From: Ascidiella aspersa
Taxonomy: Eukaryota
Reading direction: 5' to 3'
NCBI GenBank assembly: GCA_963924565.1
Contig: OZ004609.1
Location: 9,238,001-9,302,000 of the forward strand
DNA length: 64,000 bases
In this document: positions 42,289-55,810 of the stretch, piece by piece
How the letters are laid out: the number at the start of each line of letters is the position of its first letter
How positions within the stretch are numbered: position 1 is the stretch's first letter
The notes under the pieces: model-generated
Told to the model about the DNA's origin: nothing
Seen by the model: the letters and a program-made list of their open reading frames with translations, nothing else
Databases searched by the model: none
Made by a program: the position numbers and the translations under genes

Positions 42289-44182
42289 TTTGTTTGGTAC
42301 AACCCACTCAGAAATAAGAAACTGTTGCCCAATATTCTTTGAATCATAAAAAATAGTGCATTTCTGATAAAAATACCAAGAGTGAAAGAACCTATTTCAC
42401 ACTAAGCACCGACACACTTCCATTAGCGGCTAGACTGCACGACTAAAGCCTTTCTGCAAAGTAATCACGTACGCACCAGCTGTTTCAAAACTACAGGCTA
42501 CGAACCATTGCGTTAAATTTACGAGGAGGTACAACTTTCTTTTAATCAGCAGGATCAATTTAAATTTATACCTGTATGCCTTATCTTACAATTTAACATT
42601 TAATATTTTATACATAAGTGTAAACTGTTTTTTTGCTGGCTATTGTGATCAATAGGCAAATATTACAATCGTATTGCAATTGCTTTAGGATTGTGACGTA
42701 CAACCATGTCAACAAATACAACCGCTATGGGAAATCCCCTTATGTGCAATTCCAAGCACTGATCTCTATGATGGAAATTAGTAATTTGAAATCTGGGTGT
42801 AGTAAATCTAAATAAAATACATTGTACAAAAAATGAAATGTACAGGGTCGAATAGCCCGCACCTCTCCAGTGTCTTATTCGTTTGATTAGAACATGTTCC
42901 TAAACAAAATAACCACATATAAATTGTAAGGATTCTAATATTTTGTTATTTAGTTATAAGCAGAGTCGGATCCAGGATTTTTGGTTTGGGCCTTGGGAAT
43001 TTTCAGAGATGACGTCTAAAAGTTATGCCACATAACGCAATATATTGCAACACATGTTGTACTTGTACATTTAAACGGGGGGATATTGGCCACCGTTCTA
43101 TGTTATCTAACCTTCTTCACTGAATCGAAACTAAGCAAACCTCCATGGTATTTCAAGTGCATATTGTCAGGTAGCTATATATTTATTTTACATTCGAAAA
43201 TTTCAGCATAGCTCCACTTTAGTATTCCGACAAATGGTTGAGTATTTCGAAAGCAGTGAAGTGAATATATTATAACGGGAAAATGACTGCGTTAAGGATT
43301 AAGCTAGCCTGTTGCTGGCTGGATTAGCCAGACCGACCAGCAAAGTAAGAGGAAATGCAGGGGAAACATTTAACACTTGCATCAATCGAATACACTGGAA
43401 TCATTATGTAAAACCTTTGTGAAACAGACTAAATGCGCGCTATAAGAAAACTTTATTTAATCAGACAAACAAATTCGTTTTGAGTTTTGCGCGATTAGAT
43501 TGCTTTTTAGCTACATACTTGTGCAAAACTAAATCGATCGAGAATCAACTTCAGAATATGAGACTCGAGAAGAATTTATTTCCTAACTTTATACTACTTA
43601 AATTTAACTTGCAGTTCAAGTCAATTTGATTGCATATGAAGTCATTGACATGTCGGTAATAAAATAAAACGTTAAAAATTAAAGTGGGTAAATCGCGTGA
43701 TCGCGTGAGCAATATATAGATAGGAAAACAACAAAAGGCAACACATAGCAATATCAATTCTTTTCTTTTAATCATCTCGCGTTGATGTATTTTTGTTTAC
43801 TTGAATATAACTTGTCAAACTGTACAAATTGAATTGTTTATTTTAAAAGTGTAGACAAGGAAATGTCGTAAAAAAGCAAATATCATGGCAAGCAGATTCA
43901 CAAATCGTTCAAAGAGTAAAAGCAAACGCCAACTGATACAGCCGCACACGTTTTTACGTTAATAGTGAATAACAGTATTAAAAATGGTAGTGATTTTAGA
44001 AAAGGATATCAATTTTGGGGGGTTTCAAAATTTTGGGGGTCACTAAAACAAGCGCTATAATGACAAACAAAAGTTGAGATCTATAAATACTAATCGGCCC
44101 GTCGCTTATTATTGCGGCCAAAGCATAACCACTGAAAAGCATTTGACCAAAAAAATGCACATGACATCGTACACGAAAATAG

Positions 44183-47100
44183 TTACCAACAAAATACAAA
44201 CAACGACAAACAAAGTATAATCCACGTCGAGGGCTTTCGTATGGAAGCGTGTGACAATTCTGCAAAACAAAACGCTTTTTAATGGCTTTAAATTTAAAAA
44301 ATGTTTTTTTATTAGTAGAATTTAAAATTAGGTTTATGTGCCTAACAAAGGAGAATTTGTAGGAAGCTAGTTTTATGTTGTTGTTTTTTTCAGAAGGGTT
44401 GATAAATGTATAACAAATCTATAGTGTTAAGAGGTAGAATATTATAAATAAATCTATGACTGTTTCTATTAACGGAGAATGTATGTTCTATTTATTTTGA
44501 ACATTTAGATCAAACCAAAAATATTCAAGTTAAACCACGAGATTGGGTGTGTTAAATTTTAGAAACTTGTCGACTGAACTTAAAGAATATAGAATTAAAA
44601 AATGAAGTTTTGGTAACTTTTGTTAAAACATTCTGTATACATTGTTAACTTCGAGTTAGCAAAATCATGCGAAACCTCGAATTTCTCAGGCAGTTCACGT
44701 CCGGGAAAAATTTAAATTGCGTTTGAAAATATCATTGTGGTCATATTTTTGTAGAATGGCGAGGTAATATCATTTAAAAAAAATAGTAAGGCCGAAAACT
44801 CACGGTATCTAGAAATGACGACTTCGTTGCCGGTAGGAATGAATATTTCCACGTTTCCGTCCCCATCTACATCACCTACTGCCGGAATACCAATGGGTTT
44901 AGTGAACGCAGATATCTGTAACAAAAGCATTTACAGACTGATGACAATTGCGTCCAACCTTTTATAAGTGATGCTTGAATTGCTTCTCAGTCACATTAAC
45001 TGAAGATGATACAAGCTCGTATTTAGAAAACTAATCCGCGGGCCGGATTAAATTGCCTGGCGGGCCGTATGTTGCCCAGGTCTGTGCTAAAGTAATGTCA
45101 ACTTACGGTTTGCAAGCTGTAACCCCAGATCATTGGACTCCAGGAGTTAGGAGAAAGAACGTAGACGGTTCCGCGGTCGGCTCCACTGACCAGAATGTGT
45201 GGCTTTTTGCTGAGAATGAGAACGCAAAGTTTTAGGTTTGACTATAAATGTTGGTTATACGGGGACAATAAGTGGTTACCTATTCGGAATAGGTTAAATT
45301 ATTAACACATTTCTGACAGTCGCACTGAAGCAATCTATAGAGCGGTACCCATTTACCCAAAACGCGGTAAACATAGTTGGTTGTATGTTTTCAAACGAGT
45401 GAGCCAAATTTTGAACATATTGGCTGAAGGTCGAAGTTAGATGTAGAAATAATATTTAATTCATGCAGACGTATAGGTGCGTTTTGTAAGCGTTACGAAT
45501 AGATATGTTGAAAATGAAAAACAAATTTGTTGTATTCTTGATCAGAGCAGTGAAGTAATAGGCAATGAAACAAAACCAACCATGGTTTAAGTAGCAAAGA
45601 AATCATTAAGCATAGCAGCACAATAGCACTGTAATCCAGCACAAGAATGCGAATAACGTAATTAGGCCGCAGGGCGCGAAACGACTACAATACATGGCTC
45701 AAAATGCGTAATACTTAACAAAATTATTATTCGAAACGTTCACAAATGCCTACTTCTACGGGCAGTGATATTTATTCTAAGCCAGATAGAATTTCAGTAA
45801 CTTGTCAAAAGTGATAAACGTTAACCGTGAGCTATGGCAAGCCTACTTTTTAACAAAACAAAACTATATAAACATCTACTACGTACTTAACCTATTTTAT
45901 GTTAATTATATTACAACCATATGTAGTCCATCTTACATATTATAAAGATTAACTAATGCTGTAGGAGGTGGTGCATCTGGTATTATATACAGTGGGCCAA
46001 AAAGTAGGCTTACAGTTATTTCACAGCGTTGGCTTGAAAGAAGAGGTAGCATTGAATGGCCACCACGCTCACCTGACCTGACACCAATGGATTTCTTTTT
46101 TTGGGTGTTGTAAAGAACAAGGTGTATGAGAAGAACCCCAAACCAATAAATTTACTTTTAGACCCAAACCCCACGTTTTATAACTGTAAGCCTACTTTTG
46201 GCCCACTCTGTATATATAAATATAGGTGTCCTAAGTCCTACTAGCAAACTAACAAGCGATCAACCCAGTCACTGGACCTATTACATGCTATAGTGAGGTG
46301 ACAACTACGTTCACATTTAACGCAAGGAAATAAAACGCACATCAGGTAACAAAGTTTATCAAGTTGGACAGATCAAAAACAGTAAACTTATATCCGTGTG
46401 GTGCATGAAAAATGTTGGGAACATTTCGGTAATTCATCGGGACGGTGAGACATAGCTTGAAAAAAACGGCTGTCTTGCCTAAATCGGGACTTATATGGTA
46501 AGCCTACGTATTAATACAACATACGTGGACTGTCGGTTGTAGCTGGAGACGTGAAACTTGAAGGTGGGTCCCGGGAAGACGCTGTAGAAGTTGGTGTGCT
46601 TCATCGGCCATTCCATCAGGGTGCGTCGCCTCCACACCAGTTTGGGGTCGAAACCGCCCTTGGGAACTTGAAAAGCCACCACTTGTCCTATGATGACGTA
46701 GTGTTGTAAATGGCGTAAGTAACAGATTTGATGAAAGAGCACTTCAGTCACTATACAGTACTTTTATATTACTTGAATTAAATTTAGTGATTTGGACAAA
46801 TCGCTTGACTGGGATTGACTTGGAATTAAGTTGTTTACTTACACTTAGACTTAAATCAATCTTAAGTTTTAATTGAAATTATTGTCGTAAAAACTTGGTT
46901 GTTTAACAGAAACATAAAAAAATGCTTTATGTTTATTTTTTGTGATGGCAAATTGATGACAAAAACAATACATCTAAGACATAATAGAAATGGAAAACAG
47001 ATTTGCGCATTGGCAATTTTTTTGCATTTGCGTAGTTTAAAAAGGCAAAAAAAGGTATTTTTTAGGTGGCCGGGTGAACATGACCAGGGGATCTGCCCCT

Positions 47101-50100
47101 GGTAATGACATTATTTGGTATTGGATTTAACGTCCATGATAAGGTTTCACTGCAAAACGGTATCGGTATATGAATAAATGATTACGCATCGATAGTCCAG
47201 TTCACACTTGAACATGCATTGTTTGCAAGGTTTACTTACGTCAAAGTTTACATCGAAAATACTAAAATAAAGAGGTTAGCAAGTAAAAGGATAATTTCTT
47301 ATATAAACGGGTAATGTCTTGTAGTTTTTAAAATGATAAAGTTAGTGACCATTTATCTAGTATAGAGACCATTGCTCTATTGCAGTTTTGCTTAATTATA
47401 TTGTTATTAAATTGTCGCCTGTTTCAATGTACGTTTGCTTTTCTTAAAACAGGAATACGAAGTAATAAAAGGCACAAGTAATTTTTATTTTAAAAGTCGT
47501 GCTACGTATATAATAATGCGTGATGGGCCCTTGATCGACACTTAAACTCGTAGGCGTTTGTATATACTAGATTTGTGACGGTATATAAGCTCGCGGGCAT
47601 AACAACCGAATGATTAAGGATTATAATGTGGAAATTCTTAGATACGTGGAAGCCTACAGTATGTTGATTCATTACCGCATACCTTAATTTCTCTTGTTGT
47701 CTGTCCAAGTAACCTATGAACAACCATTTACGTATTTGCTGATGAGAAACTGATTGTTTGTTATGACAAATAAGCACACAACACAGTTATCTGTTTGGCG
47801 GTTTTGGTCTAATTAAAGATGGCAAAGCTTAGACCTAAAATAAAGCTTTAGTGAAATATGTAATTTTGATAATTTAATTTTGTGTGTTTATATTGCTAAT
47901 AAGTGCTCGGAATGGTACGGGGTTTACCCATTTCAAAATTGACTTATTAAGTTTGATATTGATAAGTCAATCAATATATTTACTTTGACTATGAAAATAT
48001 TAGTTGTTTTTTGTAAATCAATATAACTGATTGCGCAATGGAAGCCGATTACCGCTGTGCTTTCCCTAAAAGCGGTTGTATCCAACGTGGTAACTAATAT
48101 AGGCGTTTTATCAGCGCAATTGTGCTTGAGTACGAAAAGGAAACATTTTGCTACGCCTTTTAGGAGCACTAGAACGTCGCGATGCACAGTTTGGTAACCT
48201 CTGTTGTACATTGACGTATTTCATTCAAAAAAAAACTAGCGATCCTTTAAAAACTGCTTTTCGGGCCTCATAACTGTCATTTGTTAGAATAGCTGCAGGT
48301 ATTGTTAACTGGAGAAGTTTTCAGAAAAAAAACAGGAAATCGTAAGAAAGTCGACCAATTTTAACCCTAAACCCAATTAAAAGTAGGCAAATGGGATAAA
48401 GCAGGGGTGGGCAAACTGCCGCTCGCGAGCCGCATGTGGCTCGCCGGCATGTTTTTTGTGGCTTTTCTAGTCGAATAGCAAATTCCCCAAAAAAGGGAAA
48501 GGCTGCCAAGAGTAGCGTTTATGAACGTTTTCTCTTTTTTTTTTCTTTATTTAGGCCAGCATTTTGTTTATTACGTAACACTAGACATAGAATCCGAAGA
48601 GTTATACTTAGAAGCGAGTCCACGCAATTTTATTTGCTAGTTTTGAGGCTCTTTAAAGATTGTATTTTCTGAAAATGGCTCTTCCATTGAACACATTTGC
48701 CCACCCCTGGGATAAAGTATAGAAACTGAACAACAAGTCCTAAAATTTGTTATGATTTTGTCGCTACGTTCAAACAGGTGATTTGTACAACGAACTTCTT
48801 GGCGTGTGAATCTCTATTATTCACATCCTTAAGAAAACAAACCGCTAAGTAGCCAGCATCTTCCGAAGTGTAGGATTTGTAATTGTAATAGTTTGGATTT
48901 TTATTTAGTTTCTAGTTTTCGAGTTCGAATTCTCTATTTTCTTATTAAATTTCTAAAATCCTAAACAAATATATATTGTCCAAGTGTGGCCGAAAGTGTG
49001 GTGTTACGTGCCTTTTAGGAGTGCATAAAGCGTAACCATGCTTAAGCAATCGCTGTAATAAACGAACCGGCCAACACACATACCAGGGTCTCCCTGGGTA
49101 GCGGCTATCAGCAACATGATAAGGTGTTTTGTAGCTTTGTTAACATTTCTGCTTCTTTAATGTTTGCGCAGATCTTAATATTCCTTTAATTCTAATTAAT
49201 GTAAATTAATTCGTCTCAATAACTATGAGTTAATTTAAAGGATAATGTGATTATCTGTAGAGAAGATGCAGTTGCAAGTGTCGCACTAATATTAGCACGT
49301 AATATACGCTTGGGTATTTTCATTGATTAATGTCTTGTTGGTTCGCCATCCCTGGTCTAAGGGAAGGCTGAACCATGCTTGAGACCCGCTGTATTATACG
49401 AACCGCCAACATACATACCGGGACCTCCCTGGGTAGCGGCTATCGACGTCAGAACCTCGGGGATGCCGTCCCCGTTCAAATCAACGATCTCGACGCTGAC
49501 GAACGACTCGGGTGTCTGGCGCGCCCGACTTCCAGAAATGTCGGTGCTTCTCAGGCGTGACGTCAGAGTCCAATCGTTGTCCGGGTCTGTGGCGGCAAAA
49601 ATGGCATAATGTTATTAGTGCGGCCGAGACGTCAGTAGGATGTACATCAGAGGTTCTAAAAACTTTTTATTTTTGATTCAACTCATTTCAAAATTTTGAT
49701 TACTTTTTAAATATAAACTAGCATTTCAATCTGACTTACTCGAAGAACTTTGGTGAAAATTAAAAAAGTCTAAGTTAAGGCATTTATCCCAAAGATTGGG
49801 TCAAGTTTGAAACTGTGTTAAAATGCTGGTCGGTGTAGCACCTTCGATGTTAAATAATTCACGAGCGCACGTCACCTAAACACGTGATCGAATGGGACAA
49901 TCAACAAATTGTAAACAAGTCACTTTAAAATGACCCAAGTCCCAGTCAAGTCATTTGTGAAATAACTTTATAAATAGCTCAATTTTATAATAAAATGTAA
50001 AATGAAAACACTTAATCTCAACCCAAGTCATTTAACTTAATGACATAAGTCCGAGATAAGCCATTTGACTAAAATACTTAAGTCAAGTCAAGTCATTTAA

Positions 50101-53100
50101 ACAGTGACTTAAGTGCAGTGAAGATAAGCCATTGACTTAAGTCAATGCAACAGTGCAAATCAAACCATAACACATAAAATTAACCATGCGTAGAATACTT
50201 GACCTAATGACTTAAGTCCGACTCAAGTCATTTTACCAGATCGACTTAAGTCAAGTCAAGTCATTTGAAAACAGTGACTTAAGTACTCAAGTCACTACAA
50301 CCCTGCAAATCAAAACGTAACACATGAAATTACCCATGCGTAGAATACTTCAAGCATGAACACCTGATATTACAAGCCTAAATAAAGCACAAAACGTACC
50401 ATCGACCCAGTGTGCCGTGAGCATGCCGCTCCTCTTGCCGGCCACGATGATCAGCATTATCTTCTTGTTCTTGCTCTTGGCCCGAACCACCCTCATCACC
50501 CGGAAGTCAGTGCCCCCCACATCGGTGCCGTTCGAGATGGGATTGGGAGTCCACGCACCCCCTTCTGTGGTCGGCTGCTTCAGCCAAAGCAACTGGGCGT
50601 CTGCGAAAGATAAAATACTTTTTACTGATGTTACACGCCTTTGTTGAAATGCTTGACTTGGACAACAAGATAATTCTAGGGTACACTATGCTTTAGTTAA
50701 TGTGGCATTAATCAATTTTGTCGACCTTCTTGGCTTGGCAATTTTTTTATCAAGATAATTCTAGGTGTTTAATTCAACGAATTAGAGCGGTGGTTCTCAA
50801 CCGGGGTGCCGCGGCACTCTCGTGTGCCATTTCTAACGCTCAACGGTGCCGAGAGATATTTTAAATTCATTAGGATTCGAACTTTTGCTCTATTGGTAAG
50901 CTTCTTGATACAATTTTATGCGTACGATAAAAGTGCAAAAAATAAAAAAAAGGCTTTTCAACCTTGTTGCACAGTTAATGTGCTGTTTCAATCTCGGTTA
51001 TTGTAACGTTACAGTTAACCACGCAGCAAATACATGACCAAGGGTGCCGCGAACTACTTAGAATTTCTGTAGGGTGCCGCAAGCCTAAAAAGGTTGCGAA
51101 ACACTGAATTAAAGCAAAATGCGGCCAATTCTATTTTACCAAAAATTCTACTTTGTCCAACGACATATTCAGTTTCTCAGTCAAAACAAAGACTTTTATT
51201 ACTGAACTTGTATTTTTTTGGGCAGTCCGAAAAGCATACGCTAACAGTGTGCAGTTGACTCGATGTACCTTACGGTCCTTGTACGGCCTTTTGTTATATC
51301 CTGGAAATAACAACTGTAATTTTCTTTGCGAACTTTGTACTGCTGCGTTCTAGTTGCGGTTGCAAAAAGATAAAATCTATCTAAAATGTATTTAGGCTTA
51401 AACGTATCAACACTTGTACAAGAGTATTCGGCATTTTTATTCCTATAAATTTCGATTTAAACTAAATTAATTGCGGATAATAATTAAATACAATTCTAGT
51501 TGATATTCTGTTTTTTATAAATTCAGTAATTCTAATTGTAATCGCATTCAAGGAAAGGTAATTGATGTTATTCTTCTAATTTTATTTTATTTAGAAAAAA
51601 TGAAATGCTCTTATTTCAATTCTAATCTAACTTTAAAGTATACAAATCTAGTTGTCCAAGTCTGCTTGCAGTTAACGCTATCAGGGTTGCCATGTATCTT
51701 GTACTTTATTGCGGCCGATACAAACATATTTTAGGTAAAGAGTATTGGCGATCGGATCCGTTAGCCAATTACGTTATTAGTACGTCAATAGTATGCATTA
51801 CTACGCGGGACTGACGCTGGTCAAATAAGTAAGTCTTGAATTGAAACGCACAAATGTTTTTTCGGTTATTAAGCGAAAAACAAACAAAAACACACTTTTG
51901 GTGGAAAACCTTATTTGAATCGCCAACTCTAAATTTGATATCGTTTCGGCACCGATCACACATTCGTATCGGACGAGGACCGATAAAATCATTTGTCACA
52001 GGATGTCGGCATCTATCACTACAACCGTGTTTGCGAATGCAAGGGGATGCGAAAGTATACTCAACCTTATCCAACAGTTTTATGTGTCTCATGAAAACTA
52101 TCGTACGCTGTCAGTGCATATCAACAAAACAAGAAAAAGCAAAGAAAAATACGTGTAAATGTTATTTTTAAACTTTCCAACTCACTGTTTGCACTCCCTT
52201 TCACAGTGATGCAGTCGCGATGCTTGTCAAGGTCCATGTCAACCCATTCTGTGTGGTGGAAACCGACTCCAGCCTCCGTGTAGATCGGTACGGGAGCTGT
52301 AACAACACAAATTCGGTCAATGTTTTATTATTAGGTTTCGCAAAACGATACTGTATGGTTCCCCAGAATTCCAAACGCTTGTTTTTCATAGTGGAATTTT
52401 GCTTTAATTGCAGGAGTGGGGGCGATAGTTACAGCTGAGATGCAAAGTTGCCAAACAAGTAATGCTATAAATATATATTACAGATCGGCCAATATGTTTT
52501 TTTTGTTTGTTTTAAATTACCATACGATATATAGACACCAATAACTGTTTTTGTTGACTGATGAAATCTAGGCAATGGTTCTGACGTACAGTGACTTCTG
52601 TAATTTGACGTACAGTGACCTCCGCTTCAAAATGTTTTTTGCAATTAAGTAAAAAGCTGGATCGATTACCTATTTTCCCAAGTTTATGTCTAATTTTATT
52701 TCAAACAATATTTTTTCAGTCCAAACACCGTGATTTCATGAAAACCTGCATGGAGGTAATTTCGACTGTTACTATTCAACAACCTCAAGATAGATGTGCC
52801 TATAGTCTCACAAGAAAAATGCTAATATTATTGCAGAGAGATCGCCGTATCCATAAAATTTCACATCAGCTGTAAACATTTGCGTATCTCATCAGGAACC
52901 ATAAAGACAAAGCGAGCCCCAACCGAAACTTTATGGACCGGTTTTTGGTCGATTTTCCCTAACTGTAACCGAAGCTGAGTTTAAGAAGCTGGACCGGAAT
53001 TGAAATGAATATTTCCAAAGAACCTAAACCTTAAACGAACCCGAACCTGTCAAAAATTCAGCTCACTCCATATGACGTCATTACTAAATTACAGAGTCTA

Positions 53101-55810
53101 GTTATGCCATTTTCAAAATTTTATAAACACAAATGGATATTCATTAAAAACATTTCTTATTCATTTTTTAAATATTTAAAAAACAATAAGCTGCTACTTT
53201 TTATTACGTCACGAAACTTAGATTAAATACGAGTTAAAATGCAATATTATTCTCTATATTTATTGGCCCACATATTTCGGTGCAACGCAACGCATGTTGT
53301 ATCCGAACCGGAACTTTTAAACCGGTTTTGAATTAAATTTATTTCAACTTTTGAATAGCAAACTGAATATGTAAATCTCCTCGCCCTTACAAGTAAATGA
53401 CGATAATGACTTTAAGTTGTATCAATATTCCTTAGAATTTCTTGTCTTAGTCAGTCATTTATAAGTTCTAGTCATTTAAGAGAAATATATTTCGCCATAA
53501 AAACGGAAAATAGAATCTACTTGAATATGAGATTGATGAGCGTATTTATGTCGAAATATATTTCTCTAAAAATTACCAGAACTTATATATGACTGACCTG
53601 ACTAAAACAAGATGGACTAAAGAATATTAATATAACTTTGAATAGGTCCGAAGCGAAACCGGAGCTGAACCGGATTCCGAAAAAAAACCTTGAACCCGAA
53701 CGGAACCTGAACCGGAAAATCCGAACGGTCCGACTCCCTGTTAGAAACTCACCCCACTTGGTTGCGACCATGTCCATGAGGAAAATGCCCCCAACGTTGG
53801 AGTTGAATCCGGATGCCAAGCCGAATATGCCGGATGCAATCCACCACACGTATTTCGGCTGCTTGTCGATCGTGTTGGGGGGCAGAGTACCCACGCTGTT
53901 GGGGTACTTGATGGTTGTCTCGTCCGTTACCGTTTTCGTGGATTGCGACATTTCCTATAATTCAAGAAAGTAGTTAGATGGCAAAAAATATATATATATA
54001 TAAAAAGAGAGGCAGAAGACAGAAGAGAGAAGACAACGCTGTGTTTTGGGGTTAATCTTCTATACAGGGAATTAGATTTACTACTTCAATATTTTCGTTG
54101 TTAAAAAAAAAACAAATAAAAAACGGCTTGTATTGTACTATATGTCTTATAAACTAACCAACTTTGACCACATGTCAGAACAGTTTATGTTTCTAATTTA
54201 CTTGCAAGTGCAAAGGAAACGTCAAGGCTGCGGCCTAGATATCATTCGTGGCCACACAGAAGCCTGCACGAGTGTTCGCTAAACATTTGTTGCACTTTTC
54301 AGCATTCTGTCCACATGTGCTGTGTTTTCGTGGTATAACAAATAAATAACAGGCGAGCACTGTACAAAATTTTCTATTCCTACACGAATAGAATACGTTT
54401 CGGAATCGTTGCGGAAATTAATGTACCCCGTCAGATAAAAATGTAGCTTTTAGTTATGGTGGCGCGATTAAAGGCGTGGCATATGAAAAGCAACACACAA
54501 GGATCCCATCGCTAACGAAGTCGTGACAGCGAATAAAATTAGGTTGCAAACACGGTTCGGCAAGTGTTTTTTTGGAGTACGCAGACGTGTCTGCTGAATT
54601 TATTTAATGTTTTTTAAGCACAGAATTTATTATTTAGTTTTCGCATTTAAGGAGCTTATAAACATTTTTAATAGCTTCGGTACTTTAGTGGTAGGTACAA
54701 TAACTAACCTTACAAAGTGGACTAAATTTGCCAAAATATTGCACCATTCTGAATTTAAGGTAAAAGCAAGCAGAATTTCGAAGAACGAATCAAGTAGTGT
54801 CAATACATATTTGCTGTAAAACTTTTGCGTTAATTGTCTTTACCAGCCAACAACAAAACATATTACAGTAGATGTGAACGAGACGCTTTCACAAACCTGA
54901 GAAATATTTCTAAAACATTAGGAGGGCCGCATACCTTGTATATGTTGATTATCCGGCCGACAGATGCAACGCGTTGTATACTGCTAGTCGGTTCATACGA
55001 CATCCACACGAGATCGTAAATTGGCCTGGTTGTGCTGCTTTCAATTGGATTTCTAACCAGCTAAAAGTAAAGGATTAATTAGACGTATGACTCAATTTGC
55101 GGCCGATATTCAGCAAGGCTGTTTTTTGAGAAAATTGTAAGGCAAAAATATGTTGGAAGGTTGATAGAGTTCTCCCCAAAGCACTGATCGTAAGCTTTGT
55201 TCGGGCCTAAAGTTCGGTTTACAAGAATTTTCGGTTTACGAACATATCAAGATGTATTCATTACTATACTGCGTCAACAGGACTCTTTTTAGACTGTTAC
55301 AATAAATAAAAAATAAATAAAAAAGTTAATCAAATAAAAAGGTAACAGCATTTCTAAATTAAGGTATGTGTTTTTGATACAATTAAGAAAACAAAATATA
55401 TATATGTTGATTATTTTCAGACGAAAAATCGGCTCGGTTATGAGGTGTGTCGTTAATGGAGACGTATCCTCTTTTCTAATTAAAAATGCGTGGTCTTCTG
55501 AGGATCATAAGTACGGGTTTTGATATTCTTACTTATAGTCTTATTAAAGGTTACGTTTCTTGCAACAAAATAATGGACCTCTTTCTAAAATCAGGACTCA
55601 TTTAAACCCCCTTATACTATAATACTGGACTACGCTCACCTGTACAGACGTGGGATTCATACCAATGCTTGCCATGCTGTACAAAGTCGTTGCTCTGTAG
55701 CGCACCCTGGTGTTTTGATTGTTGTTTTTCCTTAGACTCAAGTCGACCTGGGCTTCGCTCAGGCGAGCGGCGAAGCAAACTTGTAACAACAACAGTGCTA
55801 GCCGTTGCAT
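44183..55810 (-). CDS. Secreted FG-GAP/VCBS-repeat (beta-propeller-like) protein with C-terminal hydrophobic GPI-signal-like tail
   Basis: Ten exons: 55810-55640 (signal peptide MQRLALLLLQVCFAARLSEA), 55060-54935, 53954-53753, 52296-52186 (WVDMDLDKHRDCITV), 50600-50400, 49586-49419 (IVDLNGDGIPEVL), 46687-46525, 45209-45107, 44915-44804 (VGDVDGDGNVEIFI), 44259-44183 (...STWIILCLSLFVFCW*). Three DxxxDxxxD/E calcium-blade-type motifs. Confidence 0.88.
45990..46210 (+). mobile_element. Internally deleted Tc1/mariner-superfamily element
   Basis: TIR GTGGGCCAAAA(A)GTAGGCTTACAGTTAT with TA flanks; retains the transposase fragment IEWPPRSPDLTPMDFFF (third catalytic Asp region) followed by a frameshift. 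Confidence 0.85.
48402..48709. mobile_element. hAT MITE
   Basis: CAGGGGTGGGCAAA...TTTGCCCACCCCTG; 8-bp TSD GGATAAAG. Confidence 0.88.
49920..50305 (-). mobile_element. Element end with arrays of GACTTAAGTC subterminal motifs
   Basis: Many ACTTAAGTC(AAGTC) motifs ending in ACTACAACCCTG (CAGGG terminus on the minus strand); related fragment at about 46740-46870. Confidence 0.55.
50788..51106. mobile_element. hAT MITE
   Basis: CGGTGGTTCTCAACC...GGTTGCGAAACACTG; TSD AATTAGAG/AATTAAAG. Confidence 0.78.
53438..53570. repeat. Decayed relative of the 13.5-14.2 kb hammerhead repeat, inverted pair
   Basis: 53438-53497 resembles 13503-13570; 53529-53568 reads GAGA-TTGATGA-GCGTATTTATGTC-GAAA-TATA-TT-TCTC. 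Confidence 0.55.
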
